The position numbers and the translations under genes are program-made. Under the pieces are notes generated by a model. That model was not told the origin of the DNA, searched no databases, and was given only the letters and a program-made list of their open reading frames with translations. A stretch of DNA of 42,951 nt from an uncultured Candidatus Saccharibacteria bacterium (lineage in GTDB: Bacteria; Patescibacteriota; Saccharimonadia; Saccharimonadales; Saccharimonadaceae), in the NCBI GenBank assembly GCA_964540835.1, contig CAZIOA010000001.1, positions 1 to 42,951 of the forward strand, in the 5' to 3' direction. Positions 26,673-34,481 of the stretch are shown piece after piece; the first letter of the stretch is position 1, and the number at the start of each line of letters is the position of its first letter.

Positions 26673-27836
26673 ATGAAGCTTAAGCGTCATGTCGATGCGT
26701 TTTTGGACAACACACAGTCGTCTGGAAGCTACTATCTTGGCGCCGATTCTTTTGACGCTCTCACTACAGGTTCGCTCCAAAAACTTGCGTCACTTCAGTT
26801 TCGTTTGCGCGCGGGTCGACTTCTGCTATCCCGAAACGCAGATGACAGACGAGCTGTCAGTCATATAAACAAGGTATTTCACGAAGATGATCTACTGTAT
26901 ATAACAGCTAAGCAGGATGGTTCCGGGGAGCTGCAGCGACCCATCACGCAGCAAACCAAGATCGTGCGATGGCTTGCGACCGCATCACAAAAAGACATAT
27001 CGACATTTCATAAATGGAACAGGGAGCGCACGCAAGATCTGCAGCTGGCACTAGGTCGCGATAGACCGGAAATAGTCGGCAAAGCCATGGAGAAAACCCA
27101 TGAGCTCGCTGATATAGGGCTGTTTCCAAAGTTCGCACCAGCCGTGATGGAACATGCGGTAAACAACCACTCGCTCGTTGCCATGGACACATTTATGAGC
27201 GCTGGACTGTACAGGGTCGGGTTTTGCTCCGACCATGAAGTCGCACTAGCAAATTTGTACGAAGACAAACTCAGCCTGGTAGGCGGCTCGGATGAACTCA
27301 ACAGGGTACCGTATCACGAATATTTGCATGCTGCTGGTAATGATCGTGGGTTTTTCAGAGGACTATACACACCCCTGTGGGTATTGCGCCCGCTGGAAGA
27401 AGCATTTGTCGAGCATGCGACCATGGTAGCATTGACAGATGAGCCGAAACGACCAGAAACAATTCACCCACAGGCTCGTACCGATGCCTCCGGTATCAGC
27501 GGAAGCTACTATCAGGAGAGAAGGCTCCTCGACTCGATCGTTAATCATACCGATATAAGTATCGAACAGCTAGGCGAAGCCTACTTCACGCCCCAGGGCA
27601 CAGAACGAGGCGACATGATACGCGCCGACATAGAGAGAAAAATCGGCAACTACTTTGTGTCTACTCAGAATTTTTTTGCATTCGTCGACAAATACGAAAA
27701 GTCAACTTTAAAGAAAAGAGACGAACTCATCACTAATGCCATTAATCAAGTTGAAGATGGAGGAGGCTTCCGATCTGACGAGCCACTGTACAGGAAAGTC
27801 TGGAGACCGCTGTCAAAGCTGCTGGTATACTCATAG
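26673..27836 (+). CDS. Hypothetical protein with HExxH zinc-metallopeptidase-like motif
   Basis: VPYHEYLHAAG (HExxH) with downstream acidic EEAFVEH as a possible third ligand. 387 aa, no signal peptide seen. Confidence 0.55.
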   Translation: MKLKRHVDAFLDNTQSSGSYYLGADSFDALTTGSLQKLASLQFRLRAGRLLLSRNADDRRAVSHINKVFHEDDLLYITAKQDGSGELQRPITQQTKIVRWLATASQKDISTFHKWNRERTQDLQLALGRDRPEIVGKAMEKTHELADIGLFPKFAPAVMEHAVNNHSLVAMDTFMSAGLYRVGFCSDHEVALANLYEDKLSLVGGSDELNRVPYHEYLHAAGNDRGFFRGLYTPLWVLRPLEEAFVEHATMVALTDEPKRPETIHPQARTDASGISGSYYQERRLLDSIVNHTDISIEQLGEAYFTPQGTERGDMIRADIERKIGNYFVSTQNFFAFVDKYEKSTLKKRDELITNAINQVEDGGGFRSDEPLYRKVWRPLSKLLVYS

Positions 27837-27902
27837 TACGTACACCTTGCATACGAAATGCATTTTGATATACTAAGTATAGTAAATAGAGGGATAATTA
27901 TC

Positions 27903-28175
27903 ATGAGCGACGCAAAACCACAAGTTACAATCTATAGCACCACGTGGTGCGCGTTTTGTCACACCGAAGCACAGTGGCTCGACCACCTAGGCGTCCCGTA
28001 CGTCAAAAAGGACATCGAACAGGACAAGGAGGCATATGAAGAGCTCATGCAGAAAAGCGGTGGCAACTACTCAGGCGTGCCCGTCACCGATATCGCTGGC
28101 GACCTCATTCTCGGCTTTGACCGCCCCAAACTCCTTGACGCGCTCAAAACACACAACCTCCACCCGTCTGCTTAA
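27903..28175 (+). CDS. Glutaredoxin/NrdH-like small redox protein
   Basis: VTIYSTTWCAFCHTEAQWL (CxxC) in a thioredoxin-fold context. ATG at 27903 follows GAGGG (ORF track 27858). Confidence 0.8.
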   Translation: MSDAKPQVTIYSTTWCAFCHTEAQWLDHLGVPYVKKDIEQDKEAYEELMQKSGGNYSGVPVTDIAGDLILGFDRPKLLDALKTHNLHPSA

Positions 28176-28239
28176 CTAAAGTGCTTATTGCTAATATTCT
28201 GCCGATAGCGTATATTCCGTCTTATCACGGAGTATCGCC

Positions 28240-29865
28240 ATGGGTAATCATGAAACCGAAAAATATGACGATTTTGAGACGATAGAGGGTGAGTCGGTCA
28301 TCGTTTGTATTGACGGCGTATCCAAGATCGAAGAGATGTTCGGTTCCGAATCGCTCTCAGCCCCGACAAATCTAGAAATTGAAAAAGACGTCAACTGGCC
28401 TCGACCGACAAAAAGCATGTCAGTCGAGCTGCTGCCGCTCGAAACAGATATCGACGGGGCGACCCTCGCTACGCGATCAATCAGTACAACGCTAACGTTT
28501 CCAAAATTCAAAGAGATTCCAGATGACGCGCTTGTATCATTCATAACGAATCGCCTCCACGAGGAAACGGGGATACACACGGATTTTTACCCGACGATTC
28601 ATGATGGCGACCACATGGAACACTGGATTTGCGCGCATGATGAATACGCCCTCGTATTTCAAATGCGGAGCAAGGAAAATGAACTATCGCTCCGCGCGTA
28701 TTCTGAGTATGACGATGTACCGGACAAAGATCAGATCAATAGACGTAAGTTGCAGCTGTTCTACATAGCTTCCACGCTCGCGCTCGACGCGTTGGCCAGC
28801 CAACTACCAAATCAAGAAATGAACACACAACGAACTCTCATACGCATTTCTCCTCCTGAAATTAATGAGGAGGGGTTAGAGCAAGAGACAGATGAAACCA
28901 ACGAGCCGGAGGACGCACCTGGAAAGGAATTGGAATTGTGGGTCGGTGAGGAAGAAGCGCCTATAAGGGAGCTGCTTGGACGACCATTTGATACCATCGG
29001 TGGACTGACGCTCGCCAAAGAAAAGTTACTCGAAATAGGTCTCGCATGGACATATCCCGAACTCGCCAAAGAATACGACATACAGCCTTCGCACTTCGTC
29101 CTCCATGGCCCTCCCGGTACGGGCAAAACCTCGCTCATAACGGCCTTCGCCGAAGAATTCGACGCAGAGCTTGTCGCAAAGCCTTCAACCACAATCGTGA
29201 ACGCTTATCTCGGTAAATCAGCCACGAATCTGGCCGACGCATTCAAAGAAGCAACTGACAAGGCAGAAAAGCAAAGAGTCCTATTGTTTTTTGACGAAAT
29301 CGATTCGTTAATAGGAAATAACAGCAAGCAACACCGCGAATACGGCCAGGTAGTAAATACGTTCAAACAGGAACTCGATAATCTAGCCAAATCGCCACAC
29401 TGCAGGAACGTCATCGTAGCGGCAGCGACAAATGCCGATATACAAGACCTCGAACCTGCGATCGTACGCTCTGGCAGGATCGAACCGATTCCCGCGCCAG
29501 CGCCAAACGAAAAAGAGCGCATAGATATCTGGTCGCGACTTATCTACACGTCCGAAGATATCAAAAGAGAAATCGATGCGGTGCAAAACGACAAAGATGA
29601 CGACGAAGAGCTGGTTGCCGCCAGCAAACTGAACCCGTCTCGCTTCGACAAAGATATCGATATCGGCAAACTTGCCAAATTGACCGAAGGAAAAACCGGA
29701 GCCGACTTCGTACAGATTTTGAAACGGATCCGCGTCAAAAAGTTTCGTCAAGCAGTCGGGCTCATAGCTTCGGGCAGACAAATAGAGCATGACGAAAATC
29801 CCCACGTCAAACTCATCACGCAAGTCGATATCGAAGATGCTATACGAACGTTTGGCGTGACTTAG
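28240..29865 (+). CDS. Classical-clade AAA+ ATPase with a unique N-terminal domain of about 270 aa
   Basis: Walker A HGPPGTGKT, Walker B LLFFDEIDS, second region of homology ATNADIQDLEPAIVRSGRIE. Single AAA module. Confidence 0.85.
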   Translation: MGNHETEKYDDFETIEGESVIVCIDGVSKIEEMFGSESLSAPTNLEIEKDVNWPRPTKSMSVELLPLETDIDGATLATRSISTTLTFPKFKEIPDDALVSFITNRLHEETGIHTDFYPTIHDGDHMEHWICAHDEYALVFQMRSKENELSLRAYSEYDDVPDKDQINRRKLQLFYIASTLALDALASQLPNQEMNTQRTLIRISPPEINEEGLEQETDETNEPEDAPGKELELWVGEEEAPIRELLGRPFDTIGGLTLAKEKLLEIGLAWTYPELAKEYDIQPSHFVLHGPPGTGKTSLITAFAEEFDAELVAKPSTTIVNAYLGKSATNLADAFKEATDKAEKQRVLLFFDEIDSLIGNNSKQHREYGQVVNTFKQELDNLAKSPHCRNVIVAAATNADIQDLEPAIVRSGRIEPIPAPAPNEKERIDIWSRLIYTSEDIKREIDAVQNDKDDDEELVAASKLNPSRFDKDIDIGKLAKLTEGKTGADFVQILKRIRVKKFRQAVGLIASGRQIEHDENPHVKLITQVDIEDAIRTFGVT

Positions 29866-29968
29866 CACACCCTGACCGCCACTGAGACTTGCCAATACAA
29901 CAACTAGACTATATTGCTATAATATGATATAGTTATACCAGTCCCATTCATATACGAAGGGAGGGACG

Positions 29969-30190
29969 ATGACAGAAGCTGGTATACATCTGATGGCAAG
30001 TCTATTTGGAGCATTCATCGGAACTCTTGCCATAATCATGCTCGTGATCATGGTGGTAACGGTCATGGTGAAAGTGGTAGCAAGAGTCGCCACGATGATG
30101 GGATTCGATCAGCTTGAGTTCAGGATGAACTACTGCGTGCCTGAGGGCATCAAGGAAGCGGAGAAGTACGCAAACTCTCCCGCATCCTGA
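29969..30190 (+). CDS. Small membrane protein (73 aa) between the AAA+ and Pup-ligase-family genes
   Basis: Strong RBS GAAGGGAGGG 4 nt upstream. Hydrophobic residues 8-45, polar C-terminal tail. Confidence 0.6.
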   Translation: MTEAGIHLMASLFGAFIGTLAIIMLVIMVVTVMVKVVARVATMMGFDQLEFRMNYCVPEGIKEAEKYANSPAS

Positions 30191-30208
30191 CCGCTACATC
30201 TACCAACG

Positions 30209-30295
30209 CCCCCGTCTGCACCTCGCACCAATTCACGACGTTGCACAATCCAGTTGGGATTGTCGTACTCGGAATTGGTGCAGGTAGCGCGGGGG
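30209..30295 (+). other. Extended RNA hairpin / possible terminator or attenuator
   Basis: GCACCAATTC (30225-34) pairs with GAATTGGTGC (30272-81). Inside it are ACGAC/GTCGT and CAATCC/GGATTG pairs, and outside it CCCCCG/CGGGGG, followed by TCTCTCTTTTTGG. CTGCACC (30216-22) can alternatively pair with GGTGCAG (30277-83). Confidence 0.5.
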
Positions 30296-30376
30296 TCTCT
30301 CTTTTTGGCTCTTTCTCTCAGTGGTAACAAATAGGCTATTTTATATTTGCGCCTATACGCGTATAATGTGCCCTCA

Positions 30377-31804
30377 ATGAAGGGACTTGGGAGAAATACA
30401 ATCGATGATTTCCGGTATGGCGTACCGGAGCGTGCGTTTGGCAGCGAAGTCGAATACACGCACCGGAGGGAAATCGTGCAACCGTTTAAAGATCGCTACC
30501 TTGACGCACCCGAATCCCAGCTGATTTTTTATGTTTCGCCTGAATACGCGGTTGCGCCAGGCAGGAATCATCATGACAGTGTGATCACGAGGAACGGCGG
30601 CGAACTGTATCTTGACTTGACATCACTGGAATTCGCGACACCGGAATGCCGGACACCAAGCGAGCTGGTAACGCATGAACGGGCTGGTGAAGTGATCGTC
30701 GCAGATGTCGTCGACCGACTATCGAATCACTTCGGCACGAAAGAAAAAGTTTTCAAACGAACCGGTTATGTGGACACCGTGGTGGCCGACAAGCGATTCA
30801 GTCAAGACAGTATTGGATATCACGAAAGCTATACAAGCATGAACGAATTCACGACACACTCGGCGTCGACAGCATATGGCAAGGAAACAAAAAAGCTCAA
30901 GGAGGCGCAGTGCTTATGTGATTTTCTCGCGCTTCGAAAACTAATCGACGGCGCGGGAATGGTAGCAAATAATCATTTTTCACTAAGCCAAAAAAGTCGC
31001 GCGATCAACTTCAATTACTACCGAAAAGAAGGCGTGAGAGGTGGCACGAAAGAACCTTTTTACATAAAATCAAGCCGTCTGGAAGTGAGGGCTGGCGAAA
31101 ACAGCAAATCCGACTGGGCAACCGAGTTTACGTTCGGGGTGACATCGCTCGTGCTACGCCTGCTCGAACATCAGCGGTATCCCGAACATTTAATGCTTCG
31201 AGACGCAAACGATGCAGCGCGACGAGTTGCCAGAACTCCCAATGCGGCAGTCGCACTGCAGTCCGGAATAACCATGCGTGCAATCGACGTCCTGAAAGAA
31301 ATCGTCGAAGAAGCATACGCGCTCGCAAGCGCATACCCGGATATGCCCGAGTATGAAGAAAAGGCGTTTCAGGACTTCCAAAAATTCTATGCCGACATGC
31401 ACCGGATCAGCTTACGTGATCACGATGTCAAGGCCCTTGCAGATCGAATCAACTGGGCGGCGAGGTTCGACTTTTTGGTCAAGGCTGGGGCGACTTACGA
31501 TACGTTTACCGCATCAGATCTCAATCAGATCAGCCACGATCTAGTGTGGGATCGAATCGGCGAAAAAGACATCGCCCGACGCAGACTGAGCAAGTTGGGG
31601 TTGACTGCACTGACAGCTGACGTGCTAGGGCCACCGCAAACCCGCGCAGCCACGAGGATTAAGATAGCTGGCAATCTATATAAAGAAGATAACCTGCGAT
31701 CCGTCGAATGGTTCAAGGTGACGCCAAAGACTGGTGAACCCCGACTACTGGGCGGTCCACTAAATACTCAAGCCACATGGCCAGACGGCAGCCTCGTCGA
31801 TTAG
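30377..31804 (+). CDS. Pup-ligase/deamidase family protein (PafA/Dop-like carboxylate-amine ligase)
   Basis: FGSEVEY, NGGELYLDLTSLEFATPECRTPSELVTHERAGE, GYHESY, LIDGAG, LSQKSRA, RLEVRAGENS and PPQTRAATR are collinear with remembered PafA/Dop blocks. ATG at 30377 lies 9 nt after TATAAT (ORF-track TTG at 30347). Confidence 0.8.
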   Translation: MKGLGRNTIDDFRYGVPERAFGSEVEYTHRREIVQPFKDRYLDAPESQLIFYVSPEYAVAPGRNHHDSVITRNGGELYLDLTSLEFATPECRTPSELVTHERAGEVIVADVVDRLSNHFGTKEKVFKRTGYVDTVVADKRFSQDSIGYHESYTSMNEFTTHSASTAYGKETKKLKEAQCLCDFLALRKLIDGAGMVANNHFSLSQKSRAINFNYYRKEGVRGGTKEPFYIKSSRLEVRAGENSKSDWATEFTFGVTSLVLRLLEHQRYPEHLMLRDANDAARRVARTPNAAVALQSGITMRAIDVLKEIVEEAYALASAYPDMPEYEEKAFQDFQKFYADMHRISLRDHDVKALADRINWAARFDFLVKAGATYDTFTASDLNQISHDLVWDRIGEKDIARRRLSKLGLTALTADVLGPPQTRAATRIKIAGNLYKEDNLRSVEWFKVTPKTGEPRLLGGPLNTQATWPDGSLVD

Positions 31805-31819
31805 GCTATACTGGATACG

Positions 31820-32662
31820 ATGAGTAAAAAATCCATAATGCTCGCCAGTGGAAACGAAGTTATTTACTGGTCACATCATGACGACAAGAAGCCGACGCTT
31901 GTGCTCGTGCATGGGTTCACCGGTTCTCACGAGGGGTTTCAATATCTCGTGCCACTACTAAAAAACTTCCGGGTGATCATCCCTGATCTGCCGGGATTTG
32001 GCGTCAGCCCGCTACCGCACGACAGGATAACGCTGGCGCATCTGGGGAAACTGCTGGCTGAGTTCATCGACGCGCTTGATCTCAAAAAGCCACCGCACAT
32101 CGTTGGTCATTCCATGGGCACGCTCGTTGTCGCGGAGGCCGTACGACAGCGACCGGAAATAGCCGCCAAAAAACTCATCCTCATCAGTGCGGTACCGTCA
32201 CCGATTGGTATCGCTGATATGCGACGAAGCGGGGCGGCGCTCAGCCAGCTCTATTACACGGCGAGTCACCGCTTACCGGTCATCGGTTCGAAACTGGCAA
32301 CAAGCAAGAAACTGACGCGACTCAGCACCCACCTGATCATGACGACAAAAGACAAAAAGTTACGACGAGATATACACGGACATCACTTCAATAACCTCAA
32401 CTACATCAGTGATATTGGCTGGTACCGACGGCTCTACAAACAGATCAACCGTACTGGCATCAGTCGCTACCACGAAGCATTCAAGCCATACGACGTGCTC
32501 ATGATAAACGGCGACAAAGACGCCGTCACGCCACTTAAACACCAACGTAAAACCGCCAAGCTGCTAGGTGCTACGCTTGAAATCATCCCTGGCGTCGGCC
32601 ACCTGTCACACTACGAAACCCCAGATCAATTAGCCCTCAAGATTAGGCAGTTTTTGCGCTAG
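31820..32662 (+). CDS. Alpha/beta hydrolase (esterase/lipase-type)
   Basis: LVHGFTGSH oxyanion region, GHSMGT nucleophile elbow, C-terminal GVGHL His region. TATACT box 7 nt upstream of the ATG. Confidence 0.85.
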   Translation: MSKKSIMLASGNEVIYWSHHDDKKPTLVLVHGFTGSHEGFQYLVPLLKNFRVIIPDLPGFGVSPLPHDRITLAHLGKLLAEFIDALDLKKPPHIVGHSMGTLVVAEAVRQRPEIAAKKLILISAVPSPIGIADMRRSGAALSQLYYTASHRLPVIGSKLATSKKLTRLSTHLIMTTKDKKLRRDIHGHHFNNLNYISDIGWYRRLYKQINRTGISRYHEAFKPYDVLMINGDKDAVTPLKHQRKTAKLLGATLEIIPGVGHLSHYETPDQLALKIRQFLR

Positions 32663-32786
32663 ACAAATCCTTTTGTCTTCACTCACGGTACTAAAAGCGA
32701 AGTGCAGCCATGTTTTTCCCGCCGCCGTGGCGCGAGAAAAACATGACGCGTAACGGTGCCTTGAGAGAACGGCGAAAGGATTTGTC
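32662..32786. repeat. 125-nt palindromic intergenic element between convergent genes
   Basis: Outer stem GACAAATCCTTT/AAAGGATTTGTC (12 bp perfect) and inner stem CATGTTTTTC/GAAAAACATG (10 bp perfect). Fills the whole spacer and overlaps the last base of the TAG stop. Confidence 0.7.
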
Positions 32787-32791
32787 GTAAG

Positions 32792-33967
32792 CTAGTTATC
32801 ATTCTCTGCGATGACTTCTTGGTAAACTTTCTCGAACTGCGGTATGACATTTCGGACATCATGCTTTTTCGCGATCTCAAGACTTCGCTTGCCATACGCC
32901 TGGCGTCGCTTCGGATGGTCGAGTAGCTGCATCAAAGCTTCCGCCATCGCTTCGACGTCATCGACGTCGATCAGGTAGCCATTCTTACCCGTCAAACACA
33001 GCTCGCCAAGCGCGCCCGCGTCGACAGCAACGACCGGTTTGCCGCTCGCCATTGCTTCGAGCATAGCCAGACACTGCAGCTCAGTCGGCGACGGCATAGC
33101 ATAGATATCTCCCACGCGATGAAGCTGCTGTAAATCATCATCAGAAACCAAACCAGTAAATGTCACGTGATCATCAAGACGCAGCGTGCTCACCAGCTCA
33201 CGCAAGCCCTCAGATGCATTGCCTGCGCCAACGATCAGAGCATGAAACTCCTTGCCAGACCAGTGCAACAACTCGAGCGCCTGCACCAGGATGTGGATAT
33301 GCTTTTCCTCGTCGAGCCGACCGATATAGCTGATGATAGGCTTACCGCGTGGTATATCAAACTTAGCGTAGATTTCATCATCTGGCTTGAGAGGTTTGAA
33401 GCGATCCAGATTGATACCATTGCTGATCGCGACAGCCGGTGCTTCGATTCGCGACAAATTAAATAGCCCCAGCGCTGATTCCGTCGGCATGATGATGCGC
33501 TTCGCGCCCTTGTATAGCAACGATCCGTACTCAGTCAAAATATAGCTGAACGGTCGCGAAACCGGCGCGAGAATCTTGATATTTTTTACCATGTTGTCCG
33601 GCATGACGTGGTTGGTCGCCACCACTGGGATACCGCGGTGCACGGCGGCTCTCAACATGCCGATACCTACCGTGAACTGCGTGTGCACATGCACGACATC
33701 CGGCTGAAACTCGTCGAGGATTCGCCGCATCTCTCGATCATACGTCACTGAAACGCGGAAATTTTTGCGAAAGTACAGACCAAACGACCGTATACGCATG
33801 ATGCGATAATTTTCGTCAACCTCCTGATAGCCGCGACCAGTCTGTGACGGCGCAACGACCATGACATCATGCCCCTGAACACTTAACCCTTGTGCGAGCG
33901 TGCGACATGCCGTGGCAACACCGCTCTTCATCGGCCAGTGCTGGTCGTTTGCAATGAGGATACGCAT
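32792..33967 (-). CDS. Glycosyltransferase family 4
   Basis: MRILIAND...GVATACRTLAQGL N-terminus and an E(x7)E-type region (PTELQCLAMLEAMASGKPVVA). Confidence 0.85.
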   Translation of the reverse strand: MRILIANDQHWPMKSGVATACRTLAQGLSVQGHDVMVVAPSQTGRGYQEVDENYRIMRIRSFGLYFRKNFRVSVTYDREMRRILDEFQPDVVHVHTQFTVGIGMLRAAVHRGIPVVATNHVMPDNMVKNIKILAPVSRPFSYILTEYGSLLYKGAKRIIMPTESALGLFNLSRIEAPAVAISNGINLDRFKPLKPDDEIYAKFDIPRGKPIISYIGRLDEEKHIHILVQALELLHWSGKEFHALIVGAGNASEGLRELVSTLRLDDHVTFTGLVSDDDLQQLHRVGDIYAMPSPTELQCLAMLEAMASGKPVVAVDAGALGELCLTGKNGYLIDVDDVEAMAEALMQLLDHPKRRQAYGKRSLEIAKKHDVRNVIPQFEKVYQEVIAENDN

Positions 33968-34004
33968 TTGATTGCCATTATACCATGGTCAAGCCTGGCA
34001 CAAT

Positions 34005-34160
34005 TTTCACACTTGGATGCAGTACAAGGCGCTGGTGAAGCACGGAACGAGCCGTATAAACAATACGGTGAAGTGAGTACTGGAGCTAGTAACGCAGTAA
34101 TGTGCCAAGAGCACTGCGGCGCAGCGGTCTGCGACCGCTGGCAGGCAGTGCGGTGTGTAA
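34005..34160 (+). repeat. Palindromic repeat element, copy C (divergent promoter region)
   Basis: TTTCACAC...GTGTGTAA ends. Hairpins CCGTAT-aaaca-ATACGG and GCACTG..CAGCGGT-ctgcg-ACCGCTG..CAGTGC. Near-identical to copy B. Confidence 0.85.
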
Positions 34161-34181
34161 ATTGTGGTAGAATAAGGGCAA

Positions 34182-34481
34182 ATGGGCAGTTATCATCCCT
34201 TTTTAAAAGCAATTCCGTACACCATTATTTTTTTTGCGATCGTACACCTGCTACTGAGCTTTTTTTATAGCATCTTGCACGGCGATCCAGACATAGCCAA
34301 CATGTTCCACGTACTTGGGTTCGATCTGTTTTGGCCCGAAATCGGCAAAGGTGGTCTCAACGCGCTCATCAGCGCCACGGTCGTCGCGCTTACTGGCATC
34401 GCTGCCGCGCTTATACTACGTTGGCGCGATCGACAGGCAGACCGCTTGCGCGAATCAACCAAACGTAAAGCAAAACAATGA
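34182..34481 (+). CDS. Small membrane protein (99 aa, hypothetical)
   Basis: Two hydrophobic segments and a basic C-terminus. Overlaps the next gene by 4 nt (ATGA). Confidence 0.55.
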   Translation: MGSYHPFLKAIPYTIIFFAIVHLLLSFFYSILHGDPDIANMFHVLGFDLFWPEIGKGGLNALISATVVALTGIAAALILRWRDRQADRLRESTKRKAKQ

